The notes beneath the pieces were generated by a model. The model searched no databases. It saw only the letters and a program-made list of their open reading frames with translations, and was not told where the DNA came from. Below are positions 50,873 through 59,986 of a DNA stretch of 64,000 bases, piece after piece. The stretch is from contig CAVOXA010000014.1 of assembly GCA_963700285.1 (NCBI GenBank), forward strand, positions 1-64,000. Reading direction: 5' to 3'. The position numbers and the translations under genes are program-made. Every line of letters starts with the position of its first letter. Position 1 is the first letter of the stretch. The stretch comes from an uncultured Chloroflexia bacterium (GTDB taxonomy: Bacteria; Chloroflexota; Anaerolineae; JAAYZQ01).

Positions 50873-51724
50873 ATGAACGCTGGCAGGCTGGACGAGACGC
50901 TCGAAAAGTGGTCGTTCCGAGACCTGCGGTTCGTCGTCGACACGCTCATCCCAGAGCGAAGCGACCCAGAGCACTTGGCCGGCTTGCTCCAGGAAGACGA
51001 GCCGCTCCTGGAAGCGATGCTTCAGGATGACCGGCTTTTTCAGGAACTGATGGCCAGCGACGAGGTACTGCTCGCCGTCAGCCCGCAGTTCTTCTTCAGG
51101 GTGCTGCTCCGTCGCGCCCGGCGCGATCTGGAACAGGAGCTGTACACGGTCGAACGGCGTCACCAACAAAAAGTGGTGCTTTTTGACGCCAGCCAGGTCG
51201 TGGAACTCTTGGCCAGTACCGAGGTCTGCGACTACCTGGCCGGCATGCTGGCCTCCTTTGCTCGTATCAACAGCACAACCATTCCTATCCACGTCCGGCC
51301 GGGCGTCTGGCGCCGGCTGCGCATCAATGACCTGGACGTAGACAGCTTGCTTGCTTATGCCAACAGCCTGGAGGAAGACCAACGTTTCTGGGTATACCGG
51401 CGCATCGGCGACGCCTGCCTATTCCTGACCGGAATGTTTCCCGAGCATATTGACGGCCAGCAGCGCTACCCCTTGACTGACCGGCCCCGCTTCCGGGTGC
51501 GAGGATCGCTCCTCCATGGCCTGGAAGACTATGAGGGCTATGGCCAGAGCTTTTACCGGCTGGCATCCGCGCACAGGGTTGCACAAGAACGGGATCTGGA
51601 CGCGGTTCTATCCACCTTGTCACGCCAGTTTATCCTGGCCGAGAAACCCCTTGCCTTTGTTGCCGAGCGCTACCTGGCGCTGCGCAAGCATCGCCTGTTC
51701 GCCCGCAGCAAGCTGGACACGTGA
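50873..51724 (+). CDS. Hypothetical protein
   Basis: 283-aa ORF with genome-typical codon use; YRRIGDACLFLTGMFPE segment; function not recognised. Confidence 0.65.
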   Translation: MNAGRLDETLEKWSFRDLRFVVDTLIPERSDPEHLAGLLQEDEPLLEAMLQDDRLFQELMASDEVLLAVSPQFFFRVLLRRARRDLEQELYTVERRHQQKVVLFDASQVVELLASTEVCDYLAGMLASFARINSTTIPIHVRPGVWRRLRINDLDVDSLLAYANSLEEDQRFWVYRRIGDACLFLTGMFPEHIDGQQRYPLTDRPRFRVRGSLLHGLEDYEGYGQSFYRLASAHRVAQERDLDAVLSTLSRQFILAEKPLAFVAERYLALRKHRLFARSKLDT

Positions 51725-51762
51725 CGGCTCCGGGAAAACAGACCGCCTGACCCACGTCGCTC

Positions 51763-52368
51763 ATGAACGCAAGACAAAGAGCCGCTGAACAGGATCAGAT
51801 CGCGCGGATGCTTGGCGAGATCCAGGCCACGCCCTCCGGTGCACCGGCGGTGAACGCGCTGCGACGGCTGGGGTATCGGGTACGATTCGGGCGCCCCCTG
51901 GGCGGCGGCGCTTTTACCTATCCCTGGAAGGTGATCACGCTGCGGCGGGGCTACCCCCGTCACGTGACCCTGGCCATGCTCATCCATGAGCTGGGACATG
52001 TCTCATTTGCGTCGAACCACCAACGCCTGTGGTCAGGCTCGGTGGAACAAGAGGTTGCGGCCAACCGTCTCTGGGCCCAGGTCAGCAACGAACTGGGCCA
52101 ACTGCCCGCCCGGCTCGAGGACAAGTGGCTCGGAGCGGACCACGACGATGGCGCACTGGCTGAGGAAATCCGGCGCCCCAGCGCCTGGCACCGGATGGCG
52201 CTCCCCACCCACCAGCGCTTTGGTCTCAAGGACAAGACCTGGGCTGCCTGGCAGGCCATCGCTTCGGTGGCGTGGATCATCTCCTTGCTGCGATCCACGC
52301 GCTTCATGCGCCGCCGGCGCAAGGGTACTGTGAAAGACTCTGAACAAGCATCGGGAACGGAATCCTAA
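51763..52368 (+). CDS. HExxH metallopeptidase-like protein (ImmA/IrrE-like motif spacing)
   Basis: LIHELGH followed by EQEVAANRLW; C-terminal hydrophobic helix and basic tail. Confidence 0.55.
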   Translation: MNARQRAAEQDQIARMLGEIQATPSGAPAVNALRRLGYRVRFGRPLGGGAFTYPWKVITLRRGYPRHVTLAMLIHELGHVSFASNHQRLWSGSVEQEVAANRLWAQVSNELGQLPARLEDKWLGADHDDGALAEEIRRPSAWHRMALPTHQRFGLKDKTWAAWQAIASVAWIISLLRSTRFMRRRRKGTVKDSEQASGTES

Positions 52369-52533
52369 TGGGCTCAACCTCGTGCGCACGGACTCGTTCC
52401 CGGGAACCTGGAGGATCCGTTACCGTTAGAAAATAGGTAGGCAAAGTTGCACGCGTGGCAGATTTGGAGTACACTCCCCACTGCAACGCAGAGCGCCATC
52501 AACGTCAAAAAACTCACACCAAAGGAGGCGATT

Positions 52534-52905
52534 ATGCTAAAGGAGTTCAAAGAGTTCCTCACCCGCGGGAACGTAATCGATCTAGCCATCGCTGTCATCA
52601 TCGGCGGCGCTTTTGGCGCCATCGTAGCCTCGCTCATCGATGACATCATCATGCCCCTTATCGGGCTCTTGCTCGGTGGCGTGGATTTTGCCGCACTTTC
52701 CATCCAGGCAGGCGATGCCGTCATCACCTACGGCAACTTTATCCAGGCCATTGTGAACTTTGTCGTCATCGCGGCCTCGGTCTTTTTGGTGATGCGCGCT
52801 TACAACAAACTGCAGAGAGAAGAAGAGGCCGAGGAGCCGCCCGGGCCCTCAGCGGAGGAAGTGCTGCTGGCCGAGATCCGCGACCTGCTCAAAGAGCAGG
52901 CCTAG
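52534..52905 (+). CDS. mscL: Large-conductance mechanosensitive channel
   Basis: [42 protein letters not shown]; AAGGAGG RBS. Confidence 0.97.
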   Translation: MLKEFKEFLTRGNVIDLAIAVIIGGAFGAIVASLIDDIIMPLIGLLLGGVDFAALSIQAGDAVITYGNFIQAIVNFVVIAASVFLVMRAYNKLQREEEAEEPPGPSAEEVLLAEIRDLLKEQA

Positions 52906-53327
52906 TAGCGGCCCTCATCCAGAAGCAGATCATCCCCACCCACGACGTGCCACTGGCGATCGGCCAGCGGAGCTGGCATGGGCGCTGGCCAGTAACCTGC
53001 CTGCGGCCCTGGGGCCAATCCGGCTGGATTGCCCCCACCCTGGATCACGACCACCGGAGGGTAGTTGCCCTGGTCGGTCCGCCGCCGTTCCCCGCCAGAC
53101 TGATCCCGATTGCGCCGCGTGAGCGCAACCAGCAGTAGCAATGAGGTAGGAATGCTCGCGGCCACACCGCAGATCACGCCGACCACCACGGCCATCGCCT
53201 CGGTACTCATCTGCCGACCCACAACCACAGCCAGAACCGCAGCAAATACAGCGCCCACCACCAACACCACGTGCCTGGCGTTTCCGCCAAATCCGCCCAC
53301 ATTCAAGCCCTGCTGATCGTACTCCAT
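52902..53327 (-). CDS. Small two-TM membrane protein with a Pro-rich tail
   Basis: Two hydrophobic helices, then YPPVVVI and WHVVG; last gene of the operon; its stop overlaps the mscL stop. Confidence 0.75.
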   Translation of the reverse strand: MEYDQQGLNVGGFGGNARHVVLVVGAVFAAVLAVVVGRQMSTEAMAVVVGVICGVAASIPTSLLLLVALTRRNRDQSGGERRRTDQGNYPPVVVIQGGGNPAGLAPGPQAGYWPAPMPAPLADRQWHVVGGDDLLLDEGRY

Positions 53328-53330
53328 CCA

Positions 53331-53660
53331 TCACCCCCTGTCCCAGCTGTCCTGGCTCACAGCCCAACTGCCAGCCGGCTTCGCATCCAGCTCCTCCAGG
53401 GGCGCTTGAACCAGGGTTCCAGGCACTGGTATGCGCTCCTGAGAGCCAGCAGGTCCGTCAGCGACTGCCAGTCGAAAAGACAGACTCAGCGCCCGCAGCG
53501 CATCGGTGAATCCCTGTTCATAGCCATCTGTGAAGGCGAGACGCCGGACATCGTATTCCTGGTCGTCGCCAGAGGCCACAGCCAGCGCAGATCTCATCGT
53601 CTCATGGGTACTGGCCAGAATCCGAAGCACATCCTCGCGGAACCACAGATCCAATGCCAT
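53331..53660 (-). CDS. Hypothetical protein (109 aa)
   Basis: RBS GAGGGAG; 14 nt after the FtsK stop and 3 nt before the next gene. Confidence 0.7.
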   Translation of the reverse strand: MALDLWFREDVLRILASTHETMRSALAVASGDDQEYDVRRLAFTDGYEQGFTDALRALSLSFRLAVADGPAGSQERIPVPGTLVQAPLEELDAKPAGSWAVSQDSWDRG

Positions 53661-53674
53661 ATCTTGTTCTCCCT

Positions 53675-54829
53675 CTAGTCCTGTCTTCCAGGCTTCAGGC
53701 GCAAGCGCAGGCGCCTGGTCAGAGCCACACCTCGAGCTGCAGATCCACTGCTGTCCTGCGCTACAGCCAGCAAGGGCTTCCCCCCGCTTCGAAGCCCTTT
53801 CACCATCTCCCGGACTTCACCATCGGTGATGTATGCCGCCTGTAGGCGCGTCAAGCGTCCCTTGGCCACCACCACAAAGTCCCCCTGCCCCATCAACCGC
53901 TCCGCCCCCGTGCCTGCCAGCCCCGTCGCCACCTTGGCATCCTCAGGACTGGCCACGCTGCCGACCAGTCGCACCGGAAAGTTGCTCTTTACCAGACTGC
54001 CGATGACCGACGCTGCCGGCTTTTGGGTGCAAGCCACCACGTGCAGCCCCGCCTCCCGCCCCCGCTGCGTAAGCCGGGTCACCGCGCCCTCCACCGCCCG
54101 GCCTCCCACTTGAACCAGGTCCGCCAGCTCGTCCAGTACGATCACTACCCGCGGCTCCGAGCGCCCCTCCAGATCCCGCTGCTCCATCTCTGCTACCATC
54201 CGGTTCAGCACCGCCACTACCTCATCCAGCCGCGTCACGACCGGCCCCAACAGGTGCGGCAGCCCTTCAAAGGGCATCAGCCCCCTGCCTTTAGGGTCCA
54301 CAAGTACAAATTGCAGTTGACGCTGGCTATTGTACGCCGCCAGCGAAGCAACCATCGTCCGGGCCAGCGCCGTCTTGCCCGAACCCGTGGTGCCCGCCAG
54401 CAGCACGTGGACGACATTCGGACTGGGCAGCCGCAGCAGTAGGGGCGCCCCTTCCCCATCCAGACCCAGCACGGCCGTCACAGGAGGTACCAGCCTTGCG
54501 CCAGCCGTGCCAGCCTGACGCACCGCCAACTGACGGCCCGCTAACTGGCGGCAGAGGTCCCACAGGCGGATCACCTGTCCGTCGCTGCGAGGCACCTCCA
54601 CCTGCATACGTCCATCCTGGCGGTATACCCTGCAAGACGGCACCCCCAGGCTGAGAGCCAGCTCCTCGGCCAGGCCGGCCACCTGCCTGACTTTGACCCC
54701 AAAGGGCGTGGTCAGATCATAGCGCACCATCCGCGGGGTGACCTTGCCCCCGGTCACCCGGCCCGGTACCTTGTGGCTGGCCAACACCAATTCGATGCGG
54801 TCCGCCTGGTAGTGTAGAACCTTGCTCAT
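53675..54829 (-). CDS. FtsK/SpoIIIE-family DNA translocase motor (no TM domain, no gamma domain)
   Basis: Alpha-domain-like N-terminus, Walker A GTTGSGKT, VDPK, Walker B VLDELADL, GREAGLH..CTQKP, GAERLMGQGD; GGAGGAG RBS. Confidence 0.9.
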   Translation of the reverse strand: MSKVLHYQADRIELVLASHKVPGRVTGGKVTPRMVRYDLTTPFGVKVRQVAGLAEELALSLGVPSCRVYRQDGRMQVEVPRSDGQVIRLWDLCRQLAGRQLAVRQAGTAGARLVPPVTAVLGLDGEGAPLLLRLPSPNVVHVLLAGTTGSGKTALARTMVASLAAYNSQRQLQFVLVDPKGRGLMPFEGLPHLLGPVVTRLDEVVAVLNRMVAEMEQRDLEGRSEPRVVIVLDELADLVQVGGRAVEGAVTRLTQRGREAGLHVVACTQKPAASVIGSLVKSNFPVRLVGSVASPEDAKVATGLAGTGAERLMGQGDFVVVAKGRLTRLQAAYITDGEVREMVKGLRSGGKPLLAVAQDSSGSAARGVALTRRLRLRLKPGRQD

Positions 54830-54892
54830 GCCTGTACTCCTCCGCGCCGACGTCTTGCTGGCGCGCTGCCGATTCTTTGCCGGGACACGGGC

Positions 54893-55357
54893 TCAGCCGG
54901 CTGCCGCGATCCGGCTCCGGACCGGAAAGGCCACGATCTTGCCGTTGCTGGCTGCCGGACATTGCTGCGCAGCAGTTTGTGGTGCAGGTGCATCCACCAG
55001 CATGCGCAGTGCGCAGCCCAGGCAGGTCCGGGCATGCCTGACAGGCACCACCTTGGCGGCACAGGCAGCCTCCTGCAGGCGCACCTCCGGCGGATCATCG
55101 TCCCACACCTCCGTACGCCCGTTGAATCGGATGGTCAGCGGGCTCGGCGAGGTCTGCCGCAGAGAAAAACAAAGGTGTTGGCAGTTGATCGCCTTCACAG
55201 GACAGGCATGGCAGATCTCGGGGCCCACGGCGTTATCGCCCTCGACGATCTTGGTGCAGATGATGCGGCCGGCCTTGGATACTGCACGATGGTCGCACGC
55301 ACTCTGACCCAGCCTTGCCACGGGTTGCTTGCCAGCAATCGGAAAGTCACGGATCAT
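54893..55357 (-). CDS. Cys-rich putative zinc-binding protein
   Basis: 10 Cys in 154 aa, two CxH...C...CxxC modules; GGAGGGAG RBS before ATG 55357. Confidence 0.7.
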   Translation of the reverse strand: MIRDFPIAGKQPVARLGQSACDHRAVSKAGRIICTKIVEGDNAVGPEICHACPVKAINCQHLCFSLRQTSPSPLTIRFNGRTEVWDDDPPEVRLQEAACAAKVVPVRHARTCLGCALRMLVDAPAPQTAAQQCPAASNGKIVAFPVRSRIAAAG

Positions 55358-55389
55358 ATGTCTCCCTCCCAGCCTGCGCCTCCAGGGGA

Positions 55390-55662
55390 TCATCTAGTCC
55401 CAGGTACTGATTCCTCTCCAGGTCTCGACGGCGCCGGCTCCAGTCCAATCGGGCGCAGGCCTCGCGGACTGCGGGCCCTACGCTCGATGAGGCCGCCACG
55501 CTCCAGCGCGTGCAGGTAGTAATGAACGTGCGATCTACTGCAAAGACCCACCGCCGCCCGGATCTCTTCGTAGGTCGGCGGAAAGCCATTGCCAGTCACA
55601 AAAGACTGGACGAAATACAAGACGTCTTCCTGCCGATTCCTCTGTCGCTTTGCCATTTCCAT
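55390..55662 (-). CDS. LexA N-terminal DNA-binding-domain-only protein
   Basis: RQEDVL.F, GFPPTYEEI, GL.SRSHVH..L..LE..GLI.R....RGL. It ends with no Ala-Gly site or S24 peptidase domain. Confidence 0.8.
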   Translation of the reverse strand: MEMAKRQRNRQEDVLYFVQSFVTGNGFPPTYEEIRAAVGLCSRSHVHYYLHALERGGLIERRARSPRGLRPIGLEPAPSRPGEESVPGTR

Positions 55663-55686
55663 TTGCTGACCTCCATCTCCTAAAAT

Positions 55687-55729
55687 CGAACATTTGTTCT
55701 ATTTTACCAGAACCCGCACAATTCGTCAA
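55687..55729 (-). promoter_or_regulatory. Sigma70 promoter with an overlapping LexA (SOS) box
   Basis: Minus strand TTGACG(55729-55724)-N17-TAAAAT(55706-55701), immediately followed by AGAACAAATGTTCG (GAAC-N4-GTTC, 55688-55699). Confidence 0.85.
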
Positions 55730-55848
55730 GGGGTAGGAGCTGCGGGCCTGCAGTTTTAACACCCTGTTCAAGTCCCATGGTTTGCGCCCGCCTCGCGCGA
55801 GCGGGTCAGGGCTCACGCGCCGTATGCTGGCATAGCCAAAGGCAGCCC

Positions 55849-55894
55849 TTGACAGACTTCCATCTCCCTGCTAGAATCCAGAAGAATCGATTCT
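55849..55894 (+). promoter_or_regulatory. Divergent promoter with a palindromic operator candidate
   Basis: TTGACA-N17-TAGAAT followed by the palindrome AGAATCGATTCT (LacI-like symmetry). Confidence 0.55.
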
Positions 55895-56011
55895 CGATTG
55901 TTCGAACTGAGGAGGCGCGACCAGCACCTGAATCGCCACAGGCGGGCTACAGCCCACTGTGCGCATAGGACTGGGACGGCAGCCTGAAACACAGGGCAGG
56001 AGCACAGAACA

Positions 56012-56290
56012 ATGACAGAGGTCCGGGTCCAACTGTTTTCCATCTTGCGCGATCTGTTGCCACCTGGCGCCCAGCGGGGCAGAACCACCCTCACCCTGGC
56101 GGACGGCGCGACCCTGGCGAACCTGATCACCCATCTCGGAATAGACCAGAAGTTGGGGCTTGCAGCGGACGAGATCACCGCCAAAGCCGGGTGGCAGGTG
56201 ATGGTTTCGGACAAGTTGGAGACCAGCATGGAACGAGTTCTGCGGGATGGCGATGAGATCAAAATCCTTCCTCCCATTTCAGGAGGATAG
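56012..56290 (+). CDS. MoaD/ThiS-family ubiquitin-like sulfur carrier
   Basis: VRVQLF..LR, LRDGDEI.ILPPISGG C-terminal diglycine. Confidence 0.85.
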   Translation: MTEVRVQLFSILRDLLPPGAQRGRTTLTLADGATLANLITHLGIDQKLGLAADEITAKAGWQVMVSDKLETSMERVLRDGDEIKILPPISGG

Positions 56291-56369
56291 CCGCTTCATC
56301 TTGAGGATCTGAGGCAGCCGCAGGACGCCAAAGACAAGGAACCCAAAAGTCCCACTGAAAGGGATTCAT

Positions 56370-57766
56370 ATGCCATTCGAGATCACAATGCCCCAGTTGG
56401 GCTTGACCATGGAAGAGGGAGCCGTCGTCGAGTGGTTGGTCCACGAGGGCGACGATATCCAGCCCGGGCAAGAAGTGCTCCAGGTGGAATCTGACAAATC
56501 GGTGATAGCCGTCGAGGCTCGCGACAAGGGGACGATCGCCCGCATTCTGGTTCCTGCCGGGCAGACAGTACCCGTGGGCGCAGTGCTCGCTGTTGGCCTG
56601 GCCGAGGATGAGCGCCTGCCAGAGGGCTGGCAAGCTCCCTCGACCAGGATAGAGCCGAAGCAGGCGGGACCCGTGGGAACTGCTCCGGTGGTACCAGGGC
56701 CACGGCCGCCCGCAACCCTGGTTGCGGCTGAACCGGGCGCACCGCTGCAAGTTTCCTGGAAAGCGCGCACCATGGCCCGTGAGGCAGGCATCGACCTCCG
56801 CGGTCTATCCGGGACCGGTCCCGGCGGCCGCATCACCTCAGGCGATGTCGCCGGGGCCGGACAGGGATTGAGCGACATCACAATCGCAGGCAGCCAGGCC
56901 ACCCCCGTGGCCGCCAACCTGGCCGCTGCGCTGAGACTGGACCTATCGACGGTGGCAGGCAGCGGAGTCAGCGGCCAGATCACCCAAGCGGACGTGCTCG
57001 CGGCCGCGAGAGCCATCATCGGCGGGCAGCCCCCACCCACACGAGTGCCAGAACCAGGGCATCCACAGGTGGCCAGCGCCGCCCCGCTCAGGGGCGTGCG
57101 CAAGATCGTCTCCGAGGGGATGGCGACCAGCGTCCACACCACGGCCCGGGTCACGCTCTTCCGCGAGGTCGATGCGACCGGCCTCGTTCACCTGCGCCAG
57201 TCGATTTTGGCTCTCGCGGGCTGGCCGTCTCCTACAACGATCTGCTGATCCGCATCTGCGCCCTGGCCCTGCGCGACCATCCCGCAGGCCAACGCCCGCC
57301 TGGGTGACGGCCAGATCGAACAGCTGGATCGGATCAACATCGGCCTGGCCGTGGATACCGAGCGGGGCCTGCTGGTGCCCGTCGTCCACGACGCCGACCG
57401 GCTGACCATCCCCCAGATCGCCGCCGAGAGCGCCACGCGCTGGTCGAAGCCGCCCGCGCCGGGCACAGCCTGCCCGACGACCTGAGCGGCGGCACCTTCA
57501 CCATCACCAACCTGGGCATGTTCGGCGTCGAGGGCTTTACGCCGGTCATCAACCTGCCCGAGTGCTGCATCCTGGGCGTGGGCCGCATCGTGCGCAAGCC
57601 GGTCGTCATCGACGACGCCGACACCGTTGCCGTGCGGCCGATGATGACCCTCAGCCTGGTCTTTGACCACCGGGTCATCGACGGCGCACCGGCGGCCCGC
57701 TTCCTGGACCGCATCGCCCAGTTGATCGAGGATCCGCTGCTGCTGCTCGTCGAGAGCGAAGGCTAG
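56370..57766 (+). CDS. Dihydrolipoamide acyltransferase E2 (frameshifted at about 57200-57450)
   Basis: MPQLGLTMEEG..ESDK lipoyl domain, two binding domains, FTPVINLPE, DHRVIDG. Confidence 0.88.
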
Positions 57767-57832
57767 ACGATCGACAGAGGACGAGAGTGACAGAGTTCTA
57801 ACTATGCTGTAGCACCAGATATCGGAGGATCT

Positions 57833-58857
57833 ATGACTAGACGAAACCCAAACAAGCCCACCCGATGATCTGACCCGCGAACAACTGCTGGCCATGTACC
57901 GGCGCATGCGCCTGATCCGCGGCTTTGAGAACACGGCCCAGAAGCACTTTGAGGCGGGCGAGATTGCCGGCTTCCTGCACCTGTCCCAGGGCCAGGAGGC
58001 CGTGCCGGTGGGCACCTGCGCGGCGCTGCGCGAGGACGACTATATCACCAGCACCCACCGCGGCCACGGCGACGTGATGGCCAAAGGCTGCGAGGTCAAG
58101 TACATGTTCGCCGAGCTGTACGGCCGGACCACCGGCTACTGCAGGGGCAAGGGCGGCTCGATGCACATCGCCGACTTCAGCCAGGGCATCATCGGCGCCA
58201 ACGGCATCGTCAGCGGCGGCCTGCCCATCATCACCGGCGTGGGCCTGTCGATCAAGATGCGCGGCACCGACCAGGTGGCCGTCTGCTTCTTTGGCGACGG
58301 GGCCACGGCCGAGGGTGGCTTCCACGAGGCGCTGAACCTGGCCTCGCTGTGGCAGATCCCCGTCATCTTTGTCTGCCAGAACAACCTGTACGGCCTGTCG
58401 CAGCCCTGGGAACGAGACGGCCTACGACTGCGACCTGGCCCAGCGGGCGCGCTCCTACCACATGCCCGGCGAGTGCGTGGACGGCATGGATGCCATCGCC
58501 GTCTATCGCTCGGTCAAGCAGGCGGTGGACCGGGCCCGAGCGGGCGGCGGCCCCAGTTTTATCGAGGCCAAGACCTATCGCTTCCTGGGCCACTATGTCG
58601 GCGACCCGGCGCTGTACATGCCCAAGGAGGAACGCGAGGCATGGCGCGAGCGCGACGCCATCCTCAAGCTGGGCCGGCAGCTCCAGGCCTGGGGCTACCT
58701 GACCGAGGAAGAGGACGCGCAGATGGGCGCCGGCGTCGAGGCCGAGCTGCAGGCCGGCATCGAGTATGCCCGGTCCAGCCCCATCCCGGCCCCGGAGGAG
58801 GCGCTGACCGACCTCTACGTCCACTTTGACTACCTGGGCAAGCCGCTGTCTCAGTAG
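57833..58857 (+). CDS. Acetoin/pyruvate dehydrogenase E1 alpha (frameshifted)
   Basis: GFLHLSQGQEA, STHRGHG, GKGGSMH, GDG..NN, TYRFLGHY in a second frame. Confidence 0.9.
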
Positions 58858-58887
58858 AGGCTGCCGGGCCAGTGGAGGGGAACAGCC

Positions 58888-59880
58888 ATGCGTGAGATCA
58901 CCTACCGAGACGCACTGAAAGAAGCCCTGCATCGAGGAGATGAAGCCGCGACGAGCGCGTCTTCCTCTTGGGCGAGGACATCGCCGATCCCTTTGGCAGC
59001 GCCTACAAGGTCACGCTGGGCCTGTCGCCGATCTTTGGCACCGACCGCGTCATCCAGACGCCCATCAGCGAGCAGGGGTTCACCGGCGCGGCGGTCGGGG
59101 CGGCCATCACCGGCATGCGGCCCGTGGTCGAGTATATGTACATCGACTTTACGACCATGGCCATGGACCAGACTCGCCAACCAGGCGGCCAAGATCCGCT
59201 ACATGTCGGGCGGGCAGGCCAAGGTGCCGGTGGTCTTTCGCACCCAGGGCGGGCCGGGACGGTCGTCGGCGGCCCAGCACGCCCAGAGCCTGGAGGCCTG
59301 GTTCCACCACCTGCCGGGCCTGCTGGTGGCCATGCCCTCCACGCCCTACGACGCCAAGGGCCTGCTCAAGACGGCCATCCGCCTGGACGACCCGGTGATG
59401 TTCATCGAGCAAAAGCTGCTCTACAACATGACCGGCCCCGTGCCCGAGGAGGAGTACACCATCCCCTTTGGCGTGGCCGACGTCAAGCGCGAGGGCACCG
59501 ACTGCACCGTCGTCGCCACCTCGATGGCCGTGGTCAAGGCGCTGCGGGCCGCCGAGCTGCTGGAGGAGGAGGGCATCAGCGTCGAAGTGATCGACCCGCG
59601 CACCCTCTTTCCGCTGGATATCGACGACCATCGTCGAATCGGTGTAGAAAGACCTCGCGGCTGGTGGTCACCCACGAGGCGCCGGAGCGGGGCGGCTTTG
59701 CCGCCGAGGTCGTCGCCCAGGTCGCCGACAAGGCATTTGGCTACATCGACGCGCCCATCCAGCGCGTCTGCGCCCCCTCGGTGCCGCCGCCCTTTGCCCG
59801 CAACATGGAGGACTTTACCATGGTCGACGAGCACAAAGATCGCGGACCGCGTGCGGCGGCTGGTCAACGGTGAGATCTAG
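58888..59880 (+). CDS. Acetoin/pyruvate dehydrogenase E1 beta (frameshifted)
   Basis: [38 protein letters not shown] across frames. Confidence 0.9.
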   Translation: MREITYRDALKEALHRGDEAATSASSSWARTSPIPLAAPTRSRWACRRSLAPTASSRRPSASRGSPARRSGRPSPACGPWSSICTSTLRPWPWTRLANQAAKIRYMSGGQAKVPVVFRTQGGPGRSSAAQHAQSLEAWFHHLPGLLVAMPSTPYDAKGLLKTAIRLDDPVMFIEQKLLYNMTGPVPEEEYTIPFGVADVKREGTDCTVVATSMAVVKALRAAELLEEEGISVEVIDPRTLFPLDIDDHRRIGVERPRGWWSPTRRRSGAALPPRSSPRSPTRHLATSTRPSSASAPPRCRRPLPATWRTLPWSTSTKIADRVRRLVNGEI

Positions 59881-59986
59881 GCATGGCAGGACTTGACAAT
59901 CGCCCCAGACAGTGTTTAGATCGACTGTCGCTCGCGGCAGGGGAGCGCACCTACCAGAGCCCCAAGAAGGCTTGAGGAGGAACCAT

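Noticed and set aside
54826-55098. Extra 90-aa ORF between the Cys-rich gene and FtsK
   Set aside because: It overlaps the better-supported Cys-rich gene out of frame and lacks an RBS.
52902-55662. Integrative element or prophage (AICE-like)
   Set aside because: No integrase, excisionase, Rep, tRNA target or flanking direct repeats were seen. A domesticated origin is still possible.
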